A stretch of 64,000 nt of DNA from an uncultured Eubacteriales bacterium (GTDB lineage Bacteria; Bacillota; Clostridia; Oscillospirales; CAG-272): the NCBI GenBank assembly GCA_963614875.1, contig CAVEFC010000001.1, forward strand, positions 99,808-163,807, written 5' to 3'. Below the pieces are notes generated by a model, which saw only the letters and a list, made by a program, of their open reading frames with translations, did not search any database and was not told the origin of the DNA. The translations under genes and the position numbers were made by a program. This document shows positions 27,470 through 35,848 of this stretch, one piece after another; the first letter of the stretch is position 1, and each line of letters opens with the position of its first letter.

Positions 27470-28615
27470 TTATTTCGGCACTTTGGTTTCTTCTCCCGTT
27501 TTCAGATTCTGTGCAATCCGGCGCGACACGGGACTGCCCGACGAATAATCGGTTTCCGTATATACAATATAATTGTCACCAAGTGCGATATAGCATCTTG
27601 AAATCTCTTTATCCTGAAGATCATAAACCTCTCTTGACGAGCCGGTTTCAAACGAATATTCGTAAAGAATATGCGAATACTCTTCCACAGCCGAGCCTAC
27701 TTCGCGCGGCTCGGAAAGATAATAATAAAACTTATCGCCGCAGTTCATTCCCATACTTACGTTTGACAATATCTTTTCCTTCTTTGAAACATCGGAAATC
27801 GGACAGCTGATAATATCCACCGTCATATACGACGCCCCGTCAAACTCCGTTGCCTGAAGGTTATCGCAATATACGATGTAATCATTTGCAATAAACATCT
27901 CTGCTCTCAGGACGATGTTGAAAAGATACTGCGTGTCATCAAGTGCCAAAGAGCATGAAAAAAGCTGTCCGGCAGAGTCAATAAAATAAATACGGTTTTT
28001 ATACACTGTCTCAACACGATAAGACTTCTTATCCGGGTTCTCCATTTTCTTATAACCGCTACCGTCTTTGCCCATCACATGAATATTTGTTCCGTGCTCC
28101 CCTTCGTTTGTCGTATATATTATCCAATCACCGTAAATAGCCAGCGACTGTATATTTTCTGCAATTTCATCCTGTATCACGGTCACTTTGTTTGTGCCTG
28201 TATCAAATGATGTGATCTGATAGAAATTTTTCATTCTGTTTGTTTGCTTGTCAATAGCATATTTGTAATATGCTCCAATCAACACATGCTTGTCATTGTT
28301 TTCTTTGGTTGCTTTCGGATCGACCGCAAAATAAACCGCCGGAGAGAATATATTTGCAAACGGATTTTCTTCGCCGGATGCAAGAACATCTCCATAAAGC
28401 GGAAGTCCCGTCGTCTGAACGTTTGTCAGATCCTGATATTTTATCGAAAACGTGCTTGTGTCATAATAATAAAGAATGTTATCATAAAGATAAATGTTGA
28501 AGCCCTTGGCGCAGACGTCGTCTGTGCTCTGCTCCGGCTTTGAGCACGCGGAAAAAACAAATGCCAAAAGAATAAAAATCGCGAGCAGACATATAGTAGC
28601 TTTGTATTTCTTCAT
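27470..28615 (-). CDS. Lipoprotein, probable beta-propeller (DUF5050-like)
   Basis: Signal peptide plus lipobox (VFSAC). Repeated YY/IYY..D motifs. 381 aa. Confidence 0.5.
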   Translation of the reverse strand: MKKYKATICLLAIFILLAFVFSACSKPEQSTDDVCAKGFNIYLYDNILYYYDTSTFSIKYQDLTNVQTTGLPLYGDVLASGEENPFANIFSPAVYFAVDPKATKENNDKHVLIGAYYKYAIDKQTNRMKNFYQITSFDTGTNKVTVIQDEIAENIQSLAIYGDWIIYTTNEGEHGTNIHVMGKDGSGYKKMENPDKKSYRVETVYKNRIYFIDSAGQLFSCSLALDDTQYLFNIVLRAEMFIANDYIVYCDNLQATEFDGASYMTVDIISCPISDVSKKEKILSNVSMGMNCGDKFYYYLSEPREVGSAVEEYSHILYEYSFETGSSREVYDLQDKEISRCYIALGDNYIVYTETDYSSGSPVSRRIAQNLKTGEETKVPK

Positions 28616-28723
28616 AAATATCTCCTTGCCACAAAATCAGTAATAAATGAGCCAAAAAACGTTTCTGTGCAAATAGCGGAGGTTGTAAAATCATAGATAT
28701 ACAGCCTCCGCACGAGCTATGTA

Positions 28724-29191
28724 TTAATTAAAAACAGAAATTTCAATACTGGGAGGATTAAACGACACAGTTGAGCCCGGAACGGTCGCATAATATGTCC
28801 CTTTCAAAAATGTGATCCCGCTTTCCTGAGAGAGGCGAACATCTTCAGTGCGGATGAATTGGCCTATAATAACCCGATCCTGTGAAGCAACAATAGGAGT
28901 AAGCAACGTTACACCCGATCCTGTGACAATTATTTGCATATCAAGCAAAGTATAGGTCGGTGTGCCGTTTCCCGTCGGGTCAAATCTGTTTGTCGCAAAA
29001 ATTCTTTGAAAAGCATATACGCCAGATTCCGTATATTTGTTTGCCTGGAGAGAGCCCAACACCGTAAACGTCGGGTCATCCGTATTGCGTGTATACTCCA
29101 TATAATGCATAGCATTTGCCGTAACGCAAAATGCAAACATAGAAATAATCAGCAGAGTAGCTGTAATGATTCTGAACAAATTCTTTTTCAT
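28724..29191 (-). CDS. Secreted protein of unknown function
   Basis: N-terminal signal peptide (MKKNLFRIITATLLIISMFAFCVTANA). 155 aa. SD gaaagga. Confidence 0.5.
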   Translation of the reverse strand: MKKNLFRIITATLLIISMFAFCVTANAMHYMEYTRNTDDPTFTVLGSLQANKYTESGVYAFQRIFATNRFDPTGNGTPTYTLLDMQIIVTGSGVTLLTPIVASQDRVIIGQFIRTEDVRLSQESGITFLKGTYYATVPGSTVSFNPPSIEISVFN

Positions 29192-29491
29192 GGTTATGAT
29201 TTCCTTTCAAATAAATTTTTAATTTTTCCTTCGGTAAGCGGATAACCAAAACTCGAGATTGCCTGATTATCCGCCCCAACAAATGATTTGCAGGCGATGA
29301 CCAGCGGAAGCGAAAACGCCCGTCAATCGCGAAAAAACAACACATTCGACATACTTCTTCAGCGAAATCATCTTCAACACCCCCACCCGAATGATATATC
29401 GTGCGCAGTGCTTGCAACAATGTTTTATGTTCACAATATTTCCAATATTATATTATCATATATTGTGGCATTTGTCAATTAAGTTCAACAA

Positions 29492-29635
29492 ATATTTTGT
29501 TGTAAGCAATGTTGGCAACGCGGTGTTTGCCAAACTTTGACGAGCACTCATTCTATTCGCTACTTCATACTACCACGCGAAATCAATTTTGTCAAGTATA
29601 TTTTGTCACAAGCAATATTGACAACACGATATTTG
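29492..29635. repeat. Two diverged 38-bp direct repeats upstream of padR
   Basis: Copies at 29492-29529 and 29598-29635 match at 30 of 38 positions. Most differences are G-to-A. Confidence 0.75.
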
Positions 29636-29646
29636 TATGATATAGT
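29603..29646 (+). promoter_or_regulatory. padR promoter with overlapping palindromic operator
   Basis: TTGTCA-N10-TGACAA palindrome (29603-24). TTGACA (29618-23), 17 nt, TATAGT (29641-46). Confidence 0.55.
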
Positions 29647-29685
29647 AGATTTACACTATTAAGCGCTTAAATAGGTGAAAGAAAA

Positions 29686-30060
29686 ATGATACAAAGAAAC
29701 GACATTGAAGAAAACCTCAAAAGGGGAATTCTCGAAATGCTCATTCTGAAAATGCTGTCGCAAGAGGATATGTACGGCTATCAGATGATAAACGAAATGA
29801 ATATAAGAGGAAAGGGGCTGATAGACATCAAAGAGGGGTCTTTGTACGGTCCCCTATATCGACTCATCGGCAAAAACTATATTTCCGAAAACAAAGTCCT
29901 TGTAGGAAAGCGCAGAACGCGCGTTTATTACCACCTTGAACCACTTGGAGTCGAATATTTAGACACGATAATCGATGTATATTCAAAAATCATCGAGGGT
30001 GTAAATCTGATTATGAATTATTCTGCAGAGGAAAAACAAAATGAAGAAAACAATCAATAA
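29686..30060 (+). CDS. PadR-family transcriptional regulator
   Basis: GILEMLILKMLSQEDMYGYQMINEM...GSLYGPLYRL is the PadR wHTH pattern. Confidence 0.85.
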   Translation: MIQRNDIEENLKRGILEMLILKMLSQEDMYGYQMINEMNIRGKGLIDIKEGSLYGPLYRLIGKNYISENKVLVGKRRTRVYYHLEPLGVEYLDTIIDVYSKIIEGVNLIMNYSAEEKQNEENNQ

Positions 30061-30409
30061 AGATATTAAAAAGTATTGCTCCGAAGTGAAAAAGCTGCTC
30101 GCTTGTCCGGGTGGTATAAAATTTGCATTCATATCGGAGCTTAAAAACAGAATTTATGAATATATCGAAGAACACCCTGATGATGAAATAACAATCAACG
30201 ATATTGAAAACAGGTTCGGCACACCCAAGGACATTGCATCATCATTTGCGTCGGCAGAAGATATGCAGCGCCTGCACAAAAAGGCAAAGAAATACACATT
30301 TTATAAGATATTATCGGTAGCTCTTTTGCTGACGCTTATTCTTACCATATACATATTAGCATATCTTGTTACCAATGAGTACACAATTATTGTTACAAAT
30401 GATTTTTAA
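30041..30409 (+). CDS. Membrane-anchored PadR-associated protein (DUF1700-like)
   Basis: Overlaps the padR end. Soluble N-domain (ELKNRIYEYIEEHPD...FGTPKDIASSF) plus one C-terminal TM, the usual gene partner of PadR. Confidence 0.5.
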   Translation: MKKTINKDIKKYCSEVKKLLACPGGIKFAFISELKNRIYEYIEEHPDDEITINDIENRFGTPKDIASSFASAEDMQRLHKKAKKYTFYKILSVALLLTLILTIYILAYLVTNEYTIIVTNDF

Positions 30410-30433
30410 AAACTATTCTTGAGGAGAATTCCT

Positions 30434-30937
30434 ATGAAAAAACATATATTTTCAATTTTACTAACATTCTTTCTTGTGTTTACATCAATGCTATCTTCTT
30501 TCGCCGCAAGCAATGTTATACCAAACACTTCAAAATCAACTGCCACCATATATTTAAATGACGGAAGATATATTGTGGTAACACTCATAACAGATGATAT
30601 ATCTTCATTATCACTTAATTCAAGGCAATCAACATCTTTTACAAAAATCGGAAACAAGTTTGCTACTTGTTATGACAAGAATAATAATCTCGAATGGAAA
30701 TATACTTTATCTGCTGAATTTTCTGTAGTAGAAGGAGTTTCGGCAACCTGCACAAACGCTACATATACACAAACAATTTACGCAAGCGGCTGGTCTTTCA
30801 GTAATGGCAATGCCACAAAATCCGGTAACACTGCATATGGCGCAGGAACTTTCAAGAAAAAAGTGTTATTCGTGACGACAAACACTGTAAATATCGACAT
30901 AAACATTTCCTGTGACGCATACGGCAACCTTTCATGA
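30434..30937 (+). CDS. Secreted protein of unknown function
   Basis: ATG 30434 with a gaggag SD. Signal peptide MKKHIFSILLTFFLVFTSMLSSFA. Confidence 0.5.
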   Translation: MKKHIFSILLTFFLVFTSMLSSFAASNVIPNTSKSTATIYLNDGRYIVVTLITDDISSLSLNSRQSTSFTKIGNKFATCYDKNNNLEWKYTLSAEFSVVEGVSATCTNATYTQTIYASGWSFSNGNATKSGNTAYGAGTFKKKVLFVTTNTVNIDINISCDAYGNLS

Positions 30938-31057
30938 TGTAGGTTTATTTGAAATTTGCAATATTTTATTGAGCGATAACGCCAGATCCTTTTTTAATCC
31001 CAAAATTTGTATCAAATAATTCAAGGCATGAGAAAAGCGATATATAACAATTGTAGA

Positions 31058-31933
31058 TCAGTGTATTGTATTTACTTTGAACATACAGATACTATAATTG
31101 TTACTCTTCTCCATAAACTCTACAGTTATTTGATTTATATACATCCTGCTCAGCGCCGAACTGCCGAGATACGCCTCCACATTCGTCACGGGCAGGACGC
31201 ACCAATCGCTGTCGGTTGGTTTGTTGGCGATATAGTATTCAAGCAGTGTCCTTGTTACATTCAGGGGAACAGACTTCGGTGTAACCTCCGCAAGCCACTT
31301 TTCCTGTTCGGCGGTCAATCGGATAGATTCTGTCCGAAGCGCGCCAAGCTCCAGTGCATCGGCAATCACATCATCAAAACGAAGGATCAGGTCGCCTTTC
31401 GTGCCTTCCGCGAAGATCGATATCTGAAACTGAATGACCTTTTTCCGCCATGCGTCTTCGAGCTTTTCCATGTTGTCGGCAAGTTTATGTGTGGCTTTGC
31501 CCACTTTGTCGCGGTTGGTGTTTATGAAATCCGCGATGCCGCGCAGGTGGCGGATATACCATCCACAGCCGTTCTTGTCTATAAGTTCGGGAAACGCATC
31601 GTGAAGCTCACGGAAATCTGTTTTGAGCTGCCACTCCGCCTTTGGGGTGGCATTCTTTCTGTCAGGGATACTGCACCATGCGCAGAGAGCACGGCGGGCA
31701 TCGTCGGTGCGCTCATACGGATCACCGCCTTTCGGTGTCCCGTCCGGGTTGTGAAAGAGATATCCCCTCGCAAGGACAGTCAATATCCGCGCGAAACCGT
31801 AGTTTTCCATGAGCATATCCAGGGTAAACCGACCGAGAAAGCCGTTGTCCTTCTTGTTTCGGACGGCATAGGTCGGTTCTTTGGTATAGGAGAGAAACTC
31901 TGCCCATTCGTTTGTTATTGATTCCTCTATCAT
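31058..31933 (-). CDS. Hypothetical protein, translationally coupled partner of the RdRP/YonO-like polymerase
   Basis: 291 aa. Its start ATG overlaps the polymerase stop (ATGA). I recognised no family. Confidence 0.6.
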   Translation of the reverse strand: MIEESITNEWAEFLSYTKEPTYAVRNKKDNGFLGRFTLDMLMENYGFARILTVLARGYLFHNPDGTPKGGDPYERTDDARRALCAWCSIPDRKNATPKAEWQLKTDFRELHDAFPELIDKNGCGWYIRHLRGIADFINTNRDKVGKATHKLADNMEKLEDAWRKKVIQFQISIFAEGTKGDLILRFDDVIADALELGALRTESIRLTAEQEKWLAEVTPKSVPLNVTRTLLEYYIANKPTDSDWCVLPVTNVEAYLGSSALSRMYINQITVEFMEKSNNYSICMFKVNTIH

Positions 31934-34900
31934 CCGTTTCCGCCTCCGATCAGATAAAATTCCGCTTCTTCAAGCAGTACATCAAAGATAAAATCCCGCC
32001 TGTCCATCGCCTCGGCATAGCGGATCGCCTGAAACGGCGGCGTGATCTTTGCAAGGCACAACCGACAGGCGGTGGCTACCGCCTCACGGTAATCCACGCC
32101 CGGCAAACGGGTGTGGTAAGCGTCGATCATAGCTGTCATTTCGGGCGTGTCGTTTTTGTAGTGCAGTTTGCTTTTGTCAGCCAACCTGTTGGTGTCGTCA
32201 ATATCGCAGATAATGTCACCGAACACCCGGTACCCGCCCATGCGGAAATCCGAGAACAAGCCGTCATACGCCCGAAAAGCCTCTTCGGGTAGGTATTCTT
32301 GTAGAAAGGATAAACGCTCCTCCGGCTTCATGAAATGCCACTGTTCGGCTCGCAGCGCGTCACGGACGGTCTTAATTCGGGCGGCGGCGATTCCCGTGAA
32401 CAGTGCATACAGGCTGTCGGTATCATAGGTGTTTTCCTGATTCCGCATGGTCAGAATACGGTCAATGTCCCGGCGCTTGGAATTGCCCGGCGTCGGGTGC
32501 TTGCGCGACCGAATGCGTCGCAGGCAATGGTCATAGGTGTCGATAAGTTCCCGAATCGGCTGGAACAGTGACGGGTCAAGATTATCTTTCCAATTCGAAT
32601 GCCTGGCAAAAGTGAACAGTTCTGCGGATGGCGCAGGTTTTATCACTTTTCGCGGCGTGTGCTTTTTCAGCATGTGGGCATAGTATGGCAGCTTCTCTAC
32701 ATTTGCCGTGACGCTCTCCCAGTCTGTCCCGTCGATATAATCCTTCATTTGTTCCGCAAAGGTGTCCTCATACCATGCAGGGCGATCTTCCGCATCCTCA
32801 AGCAGTCGCTTGTATTTCAGATACCGGCTGCATGGCTTGTCGTCAGTGTGCAGGTATGCCGACAGGTCGGGCTTGATACCGCTTTTGGCAGAGTCGATCT
32901 CAAGTCCCGTCAGGATAGCAAGCGTTTCGCTTTCCTGTCTGCACTTTTCCTTGATGTCGGCATCTGCATTTTCATCGTAAGCGAGAATACTGCGGTCAAG
33001 CGCGGCATTGGAAATCTGCCCGACGCGCGAGGAAAAGGTGCTCTTGACTGCCTCAAACCGAGCGTGCAGGTCATTTGCATCCCACAACTGCGGTTCGGCG
33101 GTCGGAATACTGAGCAGGGGCAGATTGTTACGGCTTGCGAATCTGTCTTCAAATGGATTTGCCGTTTCCTTATAGTGAGAGGCAATGCTTTCACAGATCA
33201 CCGGCTCATAGATCACCTTTACCATATCCCCGTCATAGTCCGCCCCGCCGAGCCGTTCGGCAATGAGCGACCACGGTTCTACCATTACGACACCGGACAG
33301 GTGCGAAAGATACCGACGGCGGATGCCATGTTCATGGCTTTGCGGATATACCACGACCTCCTCGTTCTTTGCAATATGCGGATTGCGTAGGATCGCCGTC
33401 ATGTGACTGCCGGTCAGTCCGTATGCGGTTGTATAGCGGCAACGCGCGTCAAGCAACTCCCGGTAGATTTCCTCCGCATTTCTGTTGCCGTCTGTATAGG
33501 GTTTTAGCAGTTCGGCAAGAAACAAGGTCAGATCCGCCGAAAGATAGGCAACCCCTCCGCGCACGAGCAGATTGCCGCGGGCAAAATTCCGCAAAACGGT
33601 ATTTGCGGCGCGGTCAAGCTCCCGCCGGTACTCTTTTTCCGCGAGCAAAAGGTCATTGCGGTGAAGCATCCCGGCAAGGCGGTAACCCCGGCTTCTCGGA
33701 TTTTTCGGTGCATGGTCGACATAGTAGTCAAATTGAAACCATTCGTCGTTGAGAAGGCGATAGTAGATCTCCTCGGTCGTTTTGGTCAGCCACGCTCCGG
33801 TATCGCTGTCGTTTTGTTCGTCCTCTTTGTCCATACGGTCTTTCATCCAATCAAACGGCAAGCCAACCGGTCTGAACTGTTCACCACTCAGAGCGAGCGT
33901 AGAAAGGAACTGATAGTTCAGATCGGTAGACTGTTCACTATCCGTGCGGTTCACACCCGTAATATACAGCGTGTGACGGTAGGCGCGCAGGCGTTTCAGA
34001 TATTCCGAAAAGGACAGCCCGTTTTCCGTCATCCAACCGCATCCCTTGAATTGGCTCCTCGTCAGAATCATCCGGACGCGTTCAATAGGATGCTCCACAC
34101 CCCACAGATCCGTGATTTTCGTGACGGTTGCCTCACGGAACAGTCCGTGAAAGTCCACCTCATGCACCATGCCCTTGATATACGGCATCCGGATCTGGAA
34201 CGAGGTATGAATGTGCTTTCCGCAGTACAACCGATCGATCTCTTCCGCAAGCGCAGGGGAAAGAATGCCTTCGCCGTCAAACAGCGTGACTTTTACATCG
34301 CTCTTTTTCTCCACTCTCTCGTAGTTGCGAACATCGCCGATACCTGTCCTATCTTCCACGGTAATGACATCCACATCCGGATAGACAGCCGTCGGATTGT
34401 CGATGACAACGATCGCATCCTTGTCCCACAGCATATCCGTTTCAATGCGTGTTCCGCTCGAAAACAGCAGACCGTTATAGGCGTAGAGCTTGGACAATTG
34501 GCAAACGCCAAGTGTCATGCCGACTGTCATACGGCGGGAAAGCTCCTCATATATATCCGCGCGGACAAAAGAAAGCATAGCGCTGCGGCTCATACTGCCC
34601 GAGCGTTCAAAGGCGAGATAGCGTGCGTCTCCCTGACCGAAGTTCAATGTAATCCCCTCCGGGGAAAACATGGCTTCGGTCTTTTTTTGCATGAGCGCCG
34701 CTTTCGGGTTATCCGCATCCCGATCAAATATTCCTTTGAAGTCAAGATAGAGTATTACATCCGCAAGATCGGAGATCGGCGTGTCCGAGGTGGATTGCTT
34801 GTATTTCTCCCCGCGGAGGATGCACATAGCCTGAAAGAAAATGGCGTTGTCCTCCTGCCAGGTATCACCGTCTCCCATGATGATGCTTTTCGTCTGCGCC

Positions 34901-35001
34901 GGCGTCAGTGCAAAAGAATAGGTGCCCTGATCGATTGGTTTAGCATAGGGCAGCATAGCCTGCACCGACAGTCGCCGTATAAGATATCTGAGTTTCGCCA
35001 T
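31930..35001 (-). CDS. Two-barrel RNA polymerase homologue of the eukaryotic-type RdRP / phage YonO family
   Basis: Start set at the second ATG (35001), which has GGAGG 5 nt upstream. Motifs: SFQIRMPYIKGMV (34165-34200), RNPH (33376-33387), GGADYDGDMV with DYDGD at 33226-33240, VGQISNAAL (32998-33024), LEIDSAKSG (32878-32904). Confidence 0.8.
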   Translation of the reverse strand: MAKLRYLIRRLSVQAMLPYAKPIDQGTYSFALTPAQTKSIIMGDGDTWQEDNAIFFQAMCILRGEKYKQSTSDTPISDLADVILYLDFKGIFDRDADNPKAALMQKKTEAMFSPEGITLNFGQGDARYLAFERSGSMSRSAMLSFVRADIYEELSRRMTVGMTLGVCQLSKLYAYNGLLFSSGTRIETDMLWDKDAIVVIDNPTAVYPDVDVITVEDRTGIGDVRNYERVEKKSDVKVTLFDGEGILSPALAEEIDRLYCGKHIHTSFQIRMPYIKGMVHEVDFHGLFREATVTKITDLWGVEHPIERVRMILTRSQFKGCGWMTENGLSFSEYLKRLRAYRHTLYITGVNRTDSEQSTDLNYQFLSTLALSGEQFRPVGLPFDWMKDRMDKEDEQNDSDTGAWLTKTTEEIYYRLLNDEWFQFDYYVDHAPKNPRSRGYRLAGMLHRNDLLLAEKEYRRELDRAANTVLRNFARGNLLVRGGVAYLSADLTLFLAELLKPYTDGNRNAEEIYRELLDARCRYTTAYGLTGSHMTAILRNPHIAKNEEVVVYPQSHEHGIRRRYLSHLSGVVMVEPWSLIAERLGGADYDGDMVKVIYEPVICESIASHYKETANPFEDRFASRNNLPLLSIPTAEPQLWDANDLHARFEAVKSTFSSRVGQISNAALDRSILAYDENADADIKEKCRQESETLAILTGLEIDSAKSGIKPDLSAYLHTDDKPCSRYLKYKRLLEDAEDRPAWYEDTFAEQMKDYIDGTDWESVTANVEKLPYYAHMLKKHTPRKVIKPAPSAELFTFARHSNWKDNLDPSLFQPIRELIDTYDHCLRRIRSRKHPTPGNSKRRDIDRILTMRNQENTYDTDSLYALFTGIAAARIKTVRDALRAEQWHFMKPEERLSFLQEYLPEEAFRAYDGLFSDFRMGGYRVFGDIICDIDDTNRLADKSKLHYKNDTPEMTAMIDAYHTRLPGVDYREAVATACRLCLAKITPPFQAIRYAEAMDRRDFIFDVLLEEAEFYLIGGGNG

Positions 35002-35027
35002 GGAGACCTCCGTAATTGTTTTTTTAT

Positions 35028-35056
35028 AGTATACCATAGATTGCCGAGAAAATCAA
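35028..35056 (-). promoter_or_regulatory. Promoter of the polymerase operon
   Basis: Minus strand: TTGATT (35056-35051), 17 nt, TATACT (35033-35028) with a TGG extension. Confidence 0.6.
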
Positions 35057-35299
35057 TTTGTATCTTTATAACTACTCCCATATTGTTAAGAAAATGCAAA
35101 AGCAAACAAACTGGTATCTGTATAAAAATGGCGTAACAAGCGGAACAGATAAAACTCCGGTTGCCGGTTTTTGTTTCGTTTGTTACGCCAAATTCAGATA
35201 AGCAGGTGCTTTCTTTTCGCAGAATTGTATTTATAAATACTGCTCACATATCATCGGAAAGGAGGAAAAGCGAATGATAGAAATTGCGGACAATATACA

Positions 35300-35460
35300 C
35301 GGGTCGTAGCGAGACGACTTCCCGCTTCAGCGGGGCAAGCAGAGCGTTTGGACTCCCACCGCCAAAGGCGGTCGGAGCCAAACGCATTATTTTTTCGGGC
35401 GGAAGCCCGAACCCACTTGCCTTTTCTTTGAGAAAAGAAAAGGGTAAGCCAAAAGAAACG
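35300..35460 (+). promoter_or_regulatory. Highly structured intergenic region upstream of mobC; candidate oriT
   Basis: Consecutive hairpins: GTCGT..ACGAC, CCCGC-ttca-GCGGG, a long stem GCGTTTGG..CCGCC-aaa-GGCGG..CCAAACGC (35344-35385) followed by a T-run, TTCGGGC-gga-GCCCGAA, and CTTGCCTTTTCTTT-gag-AAAAGAAAAGGGTAAG. Confidence 0.35.
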
Positions 35461-35497
35461 AATTTAATTATATCAATTTTCAGAGAGGTGATTTACA

Positions 35498-35842
35498 ATG
35501 GCGACCAAAGGTCGCAAACGAAACAGAAAAAAGTCCTTTTGGGTGACAGACAGCGAATGGAAAGCAATTGAAAAGATTGCCGCCGGTATCGGCATGGGCA
35601 TCGGTGAATATCTTCGCATCTCTGCACTCGGCAAGACAATCTATCAGATTGAAGAATTGAAGCCGGTTCTTCATGAGCTGAAATGTATCAGCCGCAATCT
35701 CAATCAGCTTACCATGCTTTCACATCAGGGCGTGGTGCGGACGGTCAATCTGACCGCAACGGCGGATGGCATCGGTCGGTGCTTTGAGGCAATCAACAAG
35801 CTGTACGCCGACACCGATGCGGTGATACAGGGTGGAGGTTGA
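35498..35842 (+). CDS. mobC: MobC-type relaxosome accessory protein (ribbon-helix-helix)
   Basis: KKSFWVTDSEWKAIEKIAA...LKCISRNLNQLTMLSHQG is typical of MobC/bacterial mobilisation proteins. Immediately upstream of the relaxase. Confidence 0.75.
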   Translation: MATKGRKRNRKKSFWVTDSEWKAIEKIAAGIGMGIGEYLRISALGKTIYQIEELKPVLHELKCISRNLNQLTMLSHQGVVRTVNLTATADGIGRCFEAINKLYADTDAVIQGGG

Positions 35843-35848
35843 TGTTCT

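Noticed and set aside
29076-29420. 114-aa minus-strand ORF upstream of the secreted-protein gene
   Set aside because: It reads through the SD and start of the downstream gene, and I recognised no motif. A short real gene in 29250-29420 cannot be excluded.
33661-35136. 491-aa plus-strand ORF (and 31007..31921, 32599..33390) antisense to the polymerase operon
   Set aside because: These have shadow-frame composition (R/H/F/I-rich) and no recognisable motifs, whereas the minus-strand frames carry ordered polymerase motifs and coupled start and stop codons.
35284-35571. 95-aa ORF in the mobC upstream region
   Set aside because: It runs through the stacked hairpins and into the mobC start. It has no SD, and its composition is dictated by the palindromes.
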